Of a stretch of DNA of 64,000 bases, positions 12,801 through 27,293 are shown one piece after another. A program made the position numbers and the translations under genes. The first letter of the stretch is position 1. Every line of letters begins with the position of its first letter. The notes beneath the pieces were generated by a model, which was not told the origin of the DNA, made no database searches, and was given only the letters and a program-made list of their open reading frames with translations. Origin of the DNA: Laetmonice hystrix (lineage: Eukaryota); NCBI GenBank assembly GCA_965235115.1, contig OZ249446.1:7068001-7132000 (forward strand), read 5' to 3'.

Positions 12801-15228
12801 TGCTGGTTGAAGAAAAAAGAACAGAAAAGAAGACCATGTGTCAAAAAGCTGCTGACAGAACGGGCACGCCTTGCATGGCGTCCCACCACTGAGGTGTTCA
12901 ACATGCATGTTTCCCACCCTTGTTAGATCACAGAACTGCAGAACTAACACGACTGAAGTCAACACCAAAGTCACTTTATCCTTGGAAGGTCCGTCAGTGT
13001 CGCGCTTAAATTATCCACGGCCTCTGTGATCTCGGACTTGGACTCATGAATATTCATGATGAAGTTGTCGTGCCTTGGTGTCCACGTGTTGGGCGGTGAT
13101 GTCCTGTGTCGTCGTACAGCCCCCAGGTAGGCCAATGGCCGGAGGACACCTCACCCGGCCACAGGTCCCAATCTCCAGGCTTTATCCTACAGAATCAGCA
13201 CCAGATTCGTATGAACCGTTCCATGCAATCAATTCACTTCTGTCCCCTCAAGGAGGAGACCCATATTTTTACTCTCTCTCCTTTTTTTCCTGTGGAATTC
13301 CATCAAACTAGAAGTGATGACTGATTTCGCCCACATGGCCTCAAGGTGACGTCCTTGGCGAGTTCTTGATCCGGGCCACCTACGTCCATCCCGTCGGCAT
13401 GGATACCGGACGATCTGTTGTTTTGATTGTGTTGTGAAGTATAACGATGCAAGGTTGTGACACGATAGAAGTCCGCAGATCTGTGTGAGTGAGAGAGTCG
13501 GCGTGGGTGTGTCAGCGTGTTATACGACTGCAGTTCTCCTATCAACTCACTTTGCCCATGCTGCTAAAGCTGTGGGTTTGAGAGAAGCAAGACTCATTGG
13601 TTAAACCCTGCGGTGTTCGGCTTGCCCTATCTCAGCACCGGGCTGCCAATCTCAAGTGGTCCTTGAGCGCGGGTCTCCGGGTATTTAGCCCGGGGAAGAG
13701 CCCCATGTGGCCGGTCTGACAGACCATTCCGCCTTTTACAGGCCAACCGGACTACAAGGCCTCCAGTCAGTGGAATGTAAAGATGTCTATATTATCCTGA
13801 CCTTATTGTTTGATTTGCAGTACTTTCATTGACAATTGACTTTTGTTGTAGCACGAATGCTGTAATTCCATAATGGGTGGCTATGAATCTCAGCCGACCA
13901 GCCCCGCTATAGATCCTAATGTCTCTGGTCTCGGAACTTCCTGATTGGCCACAGTGACAGGAGACCAACCTCATTCCCAAAGTGAGGTTAAACTAACTGT
14001 TTCCTCTTAAATCTTTTTTACATTCCTCTAGCTTAAAATGTGGTCCTGTCCCAGCATGGGTGGAGAACTAACTCTGGCCAGGCCCATATGCCCATAAGTG
14101 ATTCAGACTGCCCGGCTTCTAAACGGGTTATACCCCAGTCTAATGATGCCACAGAACAAATAACATGTAATGGGACACGAGGCGCTGTCTCCATACAGAG
14201 TGCCATTTTTTGACTCTAATTAAAACAAGAGTTGGTAGAATTTGACTCTGCTTCGGATAATACATACTCACTGAAACAACATTGCAAACTGTTCCACTAA
14301 ATACCCGTCACATGTCTGTATGGCTAGGTACCATTTAGTAAATTCTTTAGTGCACACAATCGGATTGTTTATATAAGCACTCCATCTAATAAGTAATGTA
14401 TATTATTCTAAATCTTACCAGTTCGCAGTTAGATATAAACAATAATCCCGAATGTCCTTCCCACCGTAAAGTGATCTAGAAGTCCCCTTTTTTACGAAAC
14501 TGACAGAAAGATCCATGAGTTTAAGATATAAGATTCCCGTAGCTGCTCCAGAAGGCATTAGCCCCTTGGGGTGAGTCTAAATGCCTCTTCACGAGCTGCC
14601 CTATAAGATCATTACCCCCATGCTGTTCAGAACACACTTTAGGAAAAAGAAGGGTTGCTCCTCAAAGTTAACGTACCCCATCGATATTATTACGGCCATT
14701 TCATCCTGACCTTCGCTCATCAGGAGACATGTCATCTACAACATACAAGATTGTCAGTGATTGGCAGCGCTGACCGCGCCCCCTCTGACCACGCCCCTCG
14801 GTCTGTCGACGCTGTTGGTCTGCCTGCCGTCTTGTACTCGTTGTTTCAGGATGTGAGCGCCATGTGGCCCACAGACTGTTATTTGTAAACAGACAAACCA
14901 GCTACGTTACAACTGGCAGGTGCTCGTGTCATCCGAAGAGCATTAGAGCTACCCCGCCCCGCCCCTCCAAGCAATTGCCTATTGGCCGGTGACTACCGTG
15001 TGGTACTTATAGACATCAACAGTCTGCAAATGTTCCTGAAGGAAAGAATACAGCATAGCTTCATCATAGCCGAGACGGAGCTGAACTCCTTTTCAATGAA
15101 CATGTCAGTTCTGTGGTGCCATATAACTAAAACTTGCGACATTTAAAACAACGCGCTTCCTGCCGGACATGTAGTCCAATACCCTCATTTCCGCTTTGGT
15201 TCCAACTCAGAGTTGGTTCCATGGAAAT

Positions 15229-15529
15229 GATTCGTGGCACTCCGGTCTGACCGTGAGCCGCATCGTTTTCCTGCAGTTCGCCGAGTTATTCGTGGCACTC
15301 TGGTCTGACCGTGAGGTCTGACCGTGACAGCCGTGAGTGAGCCGCATCGTTTTCCTGTAGTTCGCTGAGCGATTCGTGGCACTCCGGTCTGACCGTGAGG
15401 TCTGACCGTGACAGCCGTGAGCGAGCTGCATCGTTTTCCTGCAGTTCGCTGAGTGATTCGTGGCACTCCGGTCTGGCCGTGACAGCCGTGAGCGAGCCGC
15501 ATCGTTTTCCTGCAGTTCGCTGAGCGATT
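15229..15529. repeat. Modular tandem repeat (84-bp full unit plus internally deleted units), about 4 copies
   Basis: gattcgtggcactccggtctgaccgtg...agccgcatcgttttcctgcagttcgc recurs with optional aggtctgaccgtg / acagccgtgagc modules. Confidence 0.9.
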
Positions 15530-17021
15530 GCCGAATCCTTGTACAGGTCATCACCCCGTCTGATACTTGAGTTTACAGCGGACTCGTTCCCCTCCCCCAT
15601 AAACCTGATCACCCCTGGGACCCGCCCAACTGCCCCCTGCTGTTTCCACAGACACCCACCAAGTCACTTCTTCAACACCATGACATCATCATAAATTTAC
15701 AACCCCCGAAAAGCTCAAATTCGTTTTACTTTTTTTTTTTATAAGAAAGCGATTAGTTTGGGCTTATTCGTCGACAGTTATGCGATATTCCCCGGGGTGT
15801 GACATAATAAATCTGGCTCCACCAGGATCCCTAGAGTTTTATATCCCTTGCTTTCAGCGGGTAATGTGTCATTTTGGAAATCTTGTCTGAAAATAAATCA
15901 CTTTATATACTTTTCATTAAAGCCTTCTTACTTCTCTTTTTAGGCACATTTACCAATATTTTACAGGTTTTCGCTTCAATAATTTTCTCAATAAAAACAT
16001 ACAAAGATAAAATAGTTAATCAGTATGAGCTATTGCAAGTAAATAGGCTCGATATTGACCAGTTAAAAATTGCACCATTTACAGCGCATAAGGAACGTAT
16101 TTACTTAAGCCCACCGATAGATCCAGGCTTCACACCTGAACTTGCAGGTACGCAGCCAGGTTTACAGAGGTATAGCTTGGCTTACACACATACATCACCT
16201 GCCAATCTCCTTAGCCAAATTTACACAGACAGGCCCAGTGTCTGGAAAGGTCATGGATTATTTCACGGCTCAGCAGTTCTGGCTGTCGCGCTGTGTTACA
16301 GAGATACAAAGGGAATCGTAGACGCTGACATGTTCACCCGATATGAATTTGTATTTTTCCTCACAAGCACATTCGATGAGAAGAGATTCATTTCTTTCTG
16401 GTTGTTGTTGGATACGTGATGTCGGTTACCTACAAGGAACTACGTTGTTACAATGACTAGCTCTGCACATTAATGCTTCTCCTCCATACAATTGTACAAT
16501 CATTTCTAATTATACAATCATTTAGAACTCTTGAGAGACAGAGCAACAAATAACGAAGGACACAAGTCGGGACTGCATCCTCCAGATCATCGCGTATCTC
16601 ATTTTTTACAATTAAACGTCTGGGTTAGCGTTCACTCCTGTAAACTTCCCCTCTTGACTAAAGCTCGAAACATTGGTATCCCATAGCAACGGTATCCCAC
16701 AGCGTCGGTATCCTATGGCGACCCATCCGGCCATACATAACACCCAAAACAAACATGCAATGCACATGACGAGCCGCATCCTCCATGCACCCGGGCTATA
16801 ATATATAAGAAACTCCTCAGCTTCCCTAGCAACCACTGCCATTGTCCTAAGCGACGTCTGGCTACCATAGTAACCATCTGCTCCCTTGGCTCAGCAACTG
16901 ACCATGCTTCTCAACCATGTCAGCCAGGGAAACCTCTGCATGCAGCATGACACGTTATTAAAGATGGCATGCTCCTCGCCCTGCGTATGCGGGACGTCCA
17001 ACCGTCAGGGGCTGCTTTACA

Positions 17022-17036
17022 GCGCCCCCTAGTAGT
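17022..17036 (-). promoter_or_regulatory. CTCF-like motif ACTACTAGGGGGCGC
   Basis: Reverse complement of gcgccccctagtagt. Motif match only. Confidence 0.35.
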
Positions 17037-20000
17037 CATCCTAGAAGACCACCCGGACCATCCAGCTGCCAGTAAAGGAAATGTAAAGTTTACCTAGTGC
17101 ACTCAGGTTAACGTTCAAGTTGATGTGGCGCCATTTCTCCTTCAGGCTGTTGCTGGGAACCTCTACAACGAAAAGCAATTCATTTTCTCGTTTTAAGTTT
17201 TCGTTTTAAGTAGGCTAACAGCCAAATTGCTGAACAAGACATAAATACTTACATTCTCCCGAGGAAAATGGGCCACGTGTCGTCACTACTAGCACGTGGC
17301 CATCGATGTCTTGTCAGAACGCGGATTTAGCACTGAAGTATTCTCTCACATCCATGACCTGACTACCCAGTGGGAACTAAACCAAGGTTTTTTTCTCGTC
17401 TGCACTTTTTTGGAAAATGCTGAGAATGCAACCCATGAGGAGTCTGTACCAAACATCATGTGGGTGGCTTTCCTCTTTTCACAAACCCCATCTAAATAAA
17501 GTGAAATCAACCTGTTTCCACCGAAATGTTACCAGGAAAATATCGAAATTATTTCAACCCACCTGTCCACGCACAACAATAATGTTATACTTCTGTAAAT
17601 CCAATATATTACATGTCCACGAATTATTCCCTAATACATGTATCCGTAGCTCCCTTTTAGTACTAGTTACTTGCTCTAGAAATGTCCTATCCTTTCCGCA
17701 ATATGTCATTATATTTGTTTAATCTCGCCCTCCCTAAACTTATCTTTATGATACGTGTTATAATACTATTTTGACACAGGCAAACTTCCCGTCATGTCTC
17801 CGGATTGATCACGAAAAGTAATATGACAAATGAAAGACTTTCAACAATCGTTGAGGTTTCACATGAACCTATAGATCTACAGTAATCGGAGCATACTATT
17901 CCTTATTCAGAGTCGCGGGTCGAGAAAATCCACCCGGTCATGTTCATTTGAAGCAGCACAGTTGAGCGCATGTTAAATGAGGCAGGTTGATTTCTCTCAC
18001 CTTCCACAACAAGGCTGTTGACATGTCACTGAGTTATCCAAACAACATCCCTGCCATTTCACTTAGCTCTGGTGCACTTGGGAAGTTTATGCCCCAAATG
18101 TCAAACTCCCAATCTCGCTTGTTAGGTCTCCAAACGCCCCAGAGTAAACATCTTTTGCTTTATGTGTTTTACGCTCCAAAAGATGTCTGAGAAAAGCATT
18201 ATTTACCTGATACGATTTGTTTTCTAGTTCCCAAAGGCAGTTAACCTCATTCCAGGTTCCACTGTCTCCTGCCAAGCCTGGATCCCATCACAATTTACAA
18301 AGAGACCGACTTGGCTATTACCATTGAATAACGGCTACTGTGGAAACCGATGCATTGAGTCAAAGAAAATGTTAGCATATTGTAGCTTTGACTGCAGCGT
18401 GGAAATTCCAGCTGTGATGATCATTGCCTTGTCTGTGGCACGCCGCCTGGCGGGACCGACAGAAAACATCAGCATTACATTACCAGCGTGCCCACTTTAA
18501 CATGTGTACATAACGACTGAGGTACAGATCACATGTCATCTCAGACAATGACGGCATCTTGACCTCTAACCTGTTGAATCTGACCTTCAACCTCTCATCC
18601 CAATGGTCCTGCATTGTACCGCTGCCCTGACAGATAATATATGAGGCAAGTTCCGTGGTTTTATAACGGGAAAATATTGGATAACACGAAATACTATACT
18701 AGTGTATGCTGCTGGTCTCATGGCAACAGGATAAGGATCCGTAAAATATCAAGTTACAATGCGATATAGTAGGCTGTATCAGTAGGATGTGGCTTTATCT
18801 CCATCAATCCATCGTTAGACAAAATCCTCATTCTTTAACCCCTAAATTGGAATCTTAATCATTACACAGATATGTAAAGGGAAATATACAAAATGTACTC
18901 TGCTTGCTTCACATAAAATTTATATTTTCTATGCTTTTCTGAAATTTTTATGAAGTAACTGTCATCTCTGAACGAGAAAGATCCATATAAACTACAATCA
19001 GTATTTTTTTATGAAGAAAATTATCTCCCCAAATCTCTCATCAGGTACACGCTAACATAAACCAGGAAGAACTCGCACACGGATATATAGATGTGTATTT
19101 TCCCAAGAAGTTGTAATACCGGTTCATAACATGTATACAGAAACCTGAAACCCAAGCTACAAGCAAACTCGGACCTTGAAGATTCCGGCACTTGACAAGA
19201 GACATGCCACCGACTCAGCAGTAATAATACAACTCACAGCCTGAGCCAGATGGAAAACGACATGGACAAGATTCATTCCGGGTGGAGGTAGAAAACACGA
19301 TCTGATCCTCCACACATCTTTTTGACAAATATGATAACCACTTGGCCGTGTGAGCAGCATCTGGATGGTGGAAGTGGGTTATGATGAATGACAGGTGACC
19401 AACGCCTGACGGTATGATCTCTATTACTAACCAGTGTAAACATGGCCAGCAACCCACCTACTACCACTGGAGTAAAACAAAAATTCTACAGTAATGGCCA
19501 ATTCCAGTATTACATACATGTAGACACACAAATATGACAAGTTTATTCTAAAATGGCAAAAGAAAGCTCAGCCAAACAGTCAGAAATAGTCCGTTTTATC
19601 TGCTTACCTGCTTTTCCTGATAAAGCGAGATAAAATTCCATTTTTGTTCAAACCTGCGTTTGACTACATTTATGCGCAGTAGAATAATGTGATCTCAACA
19701 TTGGACCTCATAAGCCTGGAATCATTAGAACAAAAGGGGCGTGAATTTGTTTGTTGAAGGGGGTCCTGCCAGGACTGACAAGGGTCAGCTGTTTGGAGGA
19801 GGAAGCTGTCAACTTGAGGAGTTCCGAGTGGGGAGCAGTCGTGTGGATGCCAAAGTCCGCTGAGAAAACAACACAACTGGATCGGGTCCAGCCTCCCCGT
19901 GGGGACTCGGGGAACAATGGGCCCCTTTAATAAGGCGGTTTGCAATTCGTAGTTGCAGTTGGTTTGAAATCACCAGTTCGTTATACGCGATGTATCTTTT

Positions 20001-20071
20001 ACTATTGATCGCAATAACAGAACTAAGTCGTGTATAATAATAAAAGAATACGACTTTCCCATTGTATCTGG

Positions 20072-20232
20072 AACACAAGTTTTCGTAAAGAAGAATAAAG
20101 ACTTAAGTAAATTAACAGGCTTCTGATTGGCTGACCAGGCTGGTCTGCTAAGGCCAACCAATCAGAAGCCTGTTAGTTTACTTAAGTAAGCTTTACTTAA
20201 ATTGGGAATTTTTGAAAAAAAAACTGGGCCCT
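20072..20232. mobile_element. Degraded palindromic MITE with an internal 32-bp inverted repeat
   Basis: Arms 20101-20132 and 20156-20187 pair at 30/32 positions. Right end ...gaaaaaaaaactgggccc; left terminus decayed. Confidence 0.5.
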
Positions 20233-23200
20233 GGAGAAGAGAAGATGCCTATAGTGTATAGCCGTACTTCCTCAATCCCTGGATTATATTCCCTCTTAAA
20301 TTTACTCTCTCAATTCAATCCAGCTTATTTCATTTAAATTTGGTTCGCAGACTGAAATAATTTTACTGCTGGGGGGGGGGGCGGTATTACGTTAGCCTGA
20401 GAAGTTCCGGCATATCACCTGAAATTAAGATGTGTCATTTTATTGCAAAAATCTCATGGAATATGGAGTAAGGGGGGGGTGTCTTTTCGAACTGTGCACT
20501 TTTATTATTGAGAAGACTTGTGTGCGATGTGTGAACGGGCCGTATAACGCACGGTCTGAGGTGTCCGAAGCCGGAATGTCACGCCGTCCCAGTCAACTTC
20601 TTTCACGTGAAATAATATTTGCGTTCCCCCTTTTTGTGCCCTGACCCCGATGCCCACCGCCTCCCAGTTCAATCATGAGCGTCCAACCCATCATTTGTGT
20701 GCAATTATCTTCCCAATTAGATCCTTGTTAACACCCAATCAACATCATTTGACTGAACCCTTTTTCCGGGTCACATCCTCGCGTGTCATTGCCAGGGCAC
20801 AGTCTCTGTACAATATGGTCAGCGCTAACCGCGCACTAAACCCAGTCATTAGTCAGTTTCACGCCTCGTCACCCTCAATACAGACACCACCAAGGCTGGA
20901 GATATTCGTTGAGAACATTCTACAGTGAGAGATTTCAATGGTGACATCCGATCTTGAGGTTTCGCACAGCTCAGTGCCGCCATAATACCCGTCTATAATG
21001 CGTCTTATAAAGCATACAAATTCCCTCTTTCAGTACTATGTTACACAGATTCAAAGGCGCAAGGCCAATAGAATCGAACATATTATACTCTCAAGAGGAA
21101 AGATTCTTTTAAAGTGTCCGCTGGTCGACCTCAAACACTAAGGCAAGTACTCCACTCAGAAAGCAGGGACAGAGCACTCAGAGAAAAGGAAGACCGGGGT
21201 CTTTTCATGTTCGGGGAGACCTTTCAAAATGAGAGGATGCCACAGCTAACACTGAGACCGTTACACAGAGCAATCCTACACAACGACTGGCTGCTACACT
21301 GACAGACAACAATATGGATAGGAAAAAACACTTTCAAAGAACATGGTGAGGTCTACCTGGACAAGTTTTGGCGATCTATCCAAGTGCAGCAAAACACTTT
21401 TTCCTAATCCTTCAAAGGATACACTTCCACCTGCCAACTGATAAAAACATTAGCATTAAAAAACTTTGATATCTCGCTGTGAAACCAGGGAATACGATGA
21501 AAGAGCAATGTCAGACTTAACTGTAAGAGTAAGATGTAGATTACAGTTAAGGCCAGTTTTCTTTTAACATTACCAAATACTGAGCCGTTTTCACAGTAAG
21601 AGAAATCTCTCGTTTTCCTCTCGCCTGTGCTGACTGGTATAAATTCTGAACAACCATGTCTTCCTCAAAAGCTTCTTGCGAATGTAAATTCAGTCTTAAG
21701 TGGATCTACCGGACGACTAACGGTTTTTATTCCGAGCATGGTACTATAGGCATACAGAAGATGGCCTCTATCATTAATCAACTTCAATCCAAAATCTCAA
21801 ATAAATGAGACTGCAACTTAAAAAGTTATCACTCACAGTCACCCAAACTTTAGGTCAATTCCGAACACAGGCAATGCTGAGGCCGGCCAGGGCAGACATG
21901 GCATTCTCAGTAGGAAAAACGACTCTATCAGTCCAAGACGTCTACAGCTCTGTGTGCCTCAAAAATATAACTTTCACATTTGGTAACTACTTTTCTAATA
22001 AAATTATCATTCTGTAGTGACTACCATTTCGATGTCAATATTTGTGAATATCAATTGCATGTTTTGCGTGGATACTCCAAGTGTATTACAACGGGATGTC
22101 CGCGGGCGGATATTTTCTGAGAGAGCTAGGCCATCTGGTGAGGAAAGACCACACTAATCATGTTATTCCTGCCAGCAGTGAGTCAAAGCATGCAGCAATC
22201 AACCCTGTACATTGTGTATACATAACAACTTTCAGATAGGACATTTATTTAATCATTGCCTACTCATGGGTTTCCTGCTCCTCAAACTTTGAAATAATTT
22301 GAAGATATACACACGTAATTTATAAAGAGACGCAAGCACAAAATACCCTGGCCATCTCAAGGGATAACCGATTTAAATAACGCCAACGCCAACTTCAGGA
22401 AGTCTATACGATAGGCTATAATGTAATGTCAGGTGATAACAGGCTTACAATTTACCTCCTTTACCCTTATCACAACATTAATATCCGCCGTAATACAAAT
22501 GGATTGCCCAAAATACATTGCTGGATGCCCAGTAATCAAACGATTTTTAGTAATATTCAAAAAATAGGTGATATTTTTGGTATATTAGAGCGAGACTGGG
22601 TCCTTTGACCCCAGGGCCCAGCCTGAGGCGCCGCTGGGGCCTCACACGGAGGCTTACTTAGGGAGAAGACGATAGGACGTGACAGACTGGCCGAGGCTGT
22701 AATCCCAACACCCTATCTGAGGCTGACCCCCAACACCCCAACACGTTAACGACACTTAGAGCCGTATTACGGCACGTCATGCTCAGTTTGGGCTGACGAC
22801 CTGGAGCAGACGAGTAAAACTACCCCTGACGCCAAACGTCACGTGTAAACGTCTGTCTCCGTCACCGTCAATAAAGTCAAACTGAGAACTTCTTCTAGCT
22901 CTGTGTGAATACTCCACAACAATATAGACTTCCATAAGATGTTAATCGAAGTCAAATAGTTACGGCACTGTCAGGAAGTAGGCCTATATCACTGCGCTCC
23001 CCAAGGGTTACTTTGACCATTCCCAGGGGCGTGGGGGCCTATTCCCAATACAACTTTTTTTCTACCTGAGAAGACACTATTATATACTAAGGTAGGGATA
23101 TCTTTCAATCTGCCGTCGACCAGCAGCCGATCATGACCTACAGTGGGCCAGCGGGCCGTTCCCGGTAGTGGACCAGGAGTCGACCTTGTCCCTCCTGCAG

Positions 23201-23452
23201 TAGTGGAGCAGGACCAGTCCTACGTAGGACTGGGCCAGATTTTTAATAATTTTCCAAGACGAATAGTGAAGGTTATAATTCTTTTTAATTTCTAATAGTG
23301 TCTTTCAACTAAACGAAGTAATAAAAACAGTCAATACACATTTTTAGCCTTAAACATAAGGGTTATAATGAAGGCTAAAAATTCGCTTCTAGGACCGTGT
23401 TAGTGCAACTCCCCCCTAGAGATGATTCCCTGCAGTGGACCCTGCCAGTCTG

Positions 23453-25203
23453 CCAGCAGTGATACACAGAGACCGACAGCAACCAATGACCCTTCCGTCT
23501 CCGTCCGAACCAGAACCAGCAGTGATACACAGAGACCGACAGCAACCAATGACCCTCCTGTATCCGTCCGAACCAGAACCAGCAGTGATACACAGAGACC
23601 GACAGCAACCAATGACCCTCCTGTATCCGTCCGAACCAGAACCAGCAGTGATACACAGAGACCGACAGCAACCAATGACCCTCCCGTCTCCGTCCGAACC
23701 AGAACCAGCAGTGATACACAGAGACCGACAGCAACCAATGACCCTCCCGTCTCCGTCCGAACCAGAACCAGCAGTGATACACAGAGACCGACAGCAACCA
23801 ATGACCCTCCCGTCTCCGTCCGAACCAGAACCAGCAGTGATACACAGAGACCGACAGCAACCAATGACCCTCCCGTCTCCGTCCGAACCAGAACCAGCAG
23901 TGACCGAGACCGACAGCAACCAATGACCCTCCCGTCTCCGTCCGAACCAGAACCAGCAGTGATACACAGAGACCGACAGCAACCAATGACCCTCCTGTCT
24001 CCGTCCGAACCAGAACCAGCAGTGATACAGAGAGACCGACAGCAACCAATGACCCTCCTGTCTCCGTCCGAACCAGAACCAGCAGTGATACAGAGAGACC
24101 GACAGCAACCAATGACCCTCCCGTCTCCGTCCGAACCAGAACCAGCAGTGATACACAGAGACCGACAGCAACCAATGACCCTCCTGTATCCGTCCGAACC
24201 AGAACCAGCAGTGATACACAGAGACCGACAGCAACCAATGACCCTCCTGTATCCGTCCGAACCAGAACCAGCAGTGATACACAGAGACCGACAGCAACCA
24301 ATGACCCTCCCGTCTCCGTCCGAACCAGAACCAGCAGTGATACACAGAGACCGACAGCAACCAATGACCCTCCCGTCTCCGTCCGAACCAGAACCAGCAG
24401 TGATACACAGAGACCGACAGCAACCAATGACCCTCCTGTCTCCGTCCGAACCAGAACCAGCAGTGATACAGAGAGACCGACAGCAACCAATGACCCTCCT
24501 GTCTCCGTCCGAACCAGAACCAGCAGTGATACAGAGAGACCGACAGCAACCAATGACCCTCCCGTCTCCGTCCGAACCAGAACCAGCAGTGATACACAGA
24601 GACCGACAGCAACCAATGACCCTCCTGTCTCCGTCCGAACCAGAACCAGCAGTGATACACAGAGACCGACAGCAACCAATGACCCTCCCGTCTCCGTCCG
24701 AACCAGAACCAGCAGTGACCGAGACCGACAGCAACCAATGACCCTCCTGTCTCCGTCCGAACCAGAACCAGCAGTGATACACAGAGACCGACAGCAACCA
24801 ATGACCCTCCCGTCTCCGTCCGAACCAGAACCAGCAGTGATACACAGAGACCGACAGCAACCAATGACCCTCCTGTCTCCGTCCGAACCAGAACCAGCAG
24901 TGACACACAGAGACCGACAGCAACCAATGACCCTCCTGTCTCCGTCCGAACCAGAACCAGCAGTGACACACAGAGACCGACAGCAACCAATGACCCTCCT
25001 GTCTCCGTCCGAACCAGAACCAGCAGTGATACAGAGAGACCGACAGCAACCAATGACCCTCCTGTCTCCGTCCGAACCAGAACCAGCAGTGATGCACAGA
25101 GACCGACAGCAACCAATGACCCTCCTGTCTCCGTCCGAACCAGAACCAGCAGTGATACAGAGAGACCGACAGCAACCAATGACCCTCCCGTCTCCGTCCG
25201 AAC
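23453..25203. repeat. 63-bp minisatellite, about 28 copies
   Basis: cagcagtgatacacagagaccgacagcaaccaatgaccctcctgtctccgtccgaaccagaac. Two 59-bp units cause the frame switches seen in the overlapping ORFs. Confidence 0.98.
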
Positions 25204-25873
25204 GTCCTCCACGGCCCACTGCTGATGAGAACTGACACGGCCGTACATTTTTATCAACACAGGTACGAGCACCACTGGCCACATTACCCGCTCCATCGAC
25301 CTTACCCAGGAACACATGTCCGGCACGAGGGTCTACCTCGGCGGGCTGCCTACCCCACCCTCACCCATCCTCTGGAAACCTTCCCGAGTTAAACCATATG
25401 TAATCCATTTCATACCATGTATTCCGACATGTCTGTCTGTTAACAATATTCAGACGATGTGAGAGTTTTAAAAATTGCGTAGACATCTGCCACGAGATGA
25501 CGTAATGACAGGAGTTAATTCAAGCGGTGAAGCTTTGCTGGGGGAATGTTTATACAGCCACAAATCTGTCACTTTCACATTTTCTGACTGGTATAATTTC
25601 TTATTTTTTGAGGTTCTACTCTGAAAACGTCATGTACCGACCGTACCTGGTACGTAGAATTGAGCCTGCTTCATAATCTAAACTAGCACAATATTACACA
25701 TGACATCTCCAACGCATATCTTACATTTGTAAGTATATATCATTTTTGCAGACCGGACCCGCCGCCCGATATACCTAACGGTAATCATGATCCACTAAAA
25801 ACGTCGGCATTCATGGGGTTCTGGTATGCAGCCTTCTTGACTCACAGTTTTATTACAGTGACCAAACCTGTAT

Positions 25874-26040
25874 CCAGGGGTGGATCCAGGGGGTGTGGGG
25901 GCGCATCCCGCCCTTTCATTGAAAAATAGATTTTTTTAAACGAAAAGAAAAAAAACCCGCGAAGCGCACCTGCAGCGATCACGTTGCCAGTTCACAGACC
26001 CCATCCCCACCCCATTCCAAAATCCTGGACCCGTCCCTGG
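25874..26040. mobile_element. Short MITE-like element with terminal inverted repeats
   Basis: Left end ccaggggtggatccagg; right end cctggacccgtccctgg (reverse complement ccagggacgggtccagg). Non-coding interior with G/C runs. TSD unclear. Confidence 0.6.
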
Positions 26041-27293
26041 TATACTATCCCGTCTAGATGATCTGTCTGTGCTCCCTTGTACATGCACTGTACACCTGCA
26101 TCCCTACGTCTCCAAAGTAGAAACATCCATCTCTGGAGACCTTTGCTTGTTCTGGCTCCAGCGTTGAAGTTATTCTTCCCCCTCCGCCCAGCGAAAAGAA
26201 GCGGCTTGCCACAGCGGTGGCGCCCCCTCGTGTCAAACTGCCGATTGTGCCATCACTCAGAGGGAAATCGACGCTGGGATGGGCAAGTTTACCCAGCGGC
26301 GTCCGTCTGTCTTGACGTCCGTCCAGACACCACACACAGCTGCCGCCCAAAGGCCGTCCTTAACCTCCAAACCTTTTCTGTCCGATTTTTCCTTCAATTT
26401 GGTTTTTCCTTTAACATTTGATGAATTCTCCAAGAATCCGGCAGGCGCTAGCATTTAGAAAGTTCACGTCGCATCTCGGTTTCCAACTTCGCTGTCCGAT
26501 ATCTGGGGTATTTCAGCTAAAAACAAGATGACCCCATACTGTTCGTTTATTGGTCTCAAATGTTAAAGAATTCCTATAAACTAAATTTTCTCAAGTGTAC
26601 AGACTCGGAGGGAATGTCGACGTGCTCGATGTCTTTTCTATTACAGAGCGTAGAAAATAAACAAAAAACGGATGAGTATTTTATACCGATAGAACCGTAC
26701 AAAACCAGGCTCAAATAGCATCTAGCATCTAGCTTACATAATATACAGTATCCGAGTTGGGCGTATAGAAGTATCTTGTATTGCAGTGGCTTGGATAAGC
26801 AAAGTGATGCCTCCTAGCCTACCTACACGTCGATTGTTTCAGCTGCTGTGATGTTCTGACAGACATGAAAACTAAACACAGTTAATCACCGGACCATTCA
26901 AAGCTAACATAATGTTACTCTTCACCTGTTCTTGGTCAATTCTAGTGAGAAATCCCAGTGAGAATGTCAGGACTGGCTTTTTTTCTACTTTCGCGTTAAT
27001 TTTTTTGGTAGAAAAGAAAACAGGTCATTGTCTGGGCGAAATCTCTGGGGTGTCACTCCCTTTTTTTTCAACAGAACACAACATTGATAATTGCCGATGT
27101 TTGTAAATTCAATACTCATGACGGGCCGTGTATTTCCCCGTGATTTCTTAACCGTTGTACCAGTCAGAGGACGGTTTCCCAGATATTTTGAGAGGTGAGT
27201 TGGGACTGGTATAGAAGCCGTATGTCCGGCAATGTTTGCCACCTAGAACAACTGGTGGATGTTGTGGTAAGCGCGGGGCCTACCTGAGGAGGA

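Noticed and set aside
15874-16419. 181-aa + strand ORF
   Set aside because: TTG start, AT-rich low-information N-terminus, no recognisable domain or splice support.
21114-21560. LHRAILHNDWLL...KFWRSIQVQQ, faintly like an L1/Tx1 ORF2 C-terminus
   Set aside because: No CxxC zinc ligands, interrupted by stops, no RT domain nearby; too weak without a RepeatMasker/tBLASTn hit.
23375-25326. Overlapping 439-646-aa ORFs
   Set aside because: Stop-free 63-bp unit. Frames switch at the 59-bp units, which is incompatible with a single protein.
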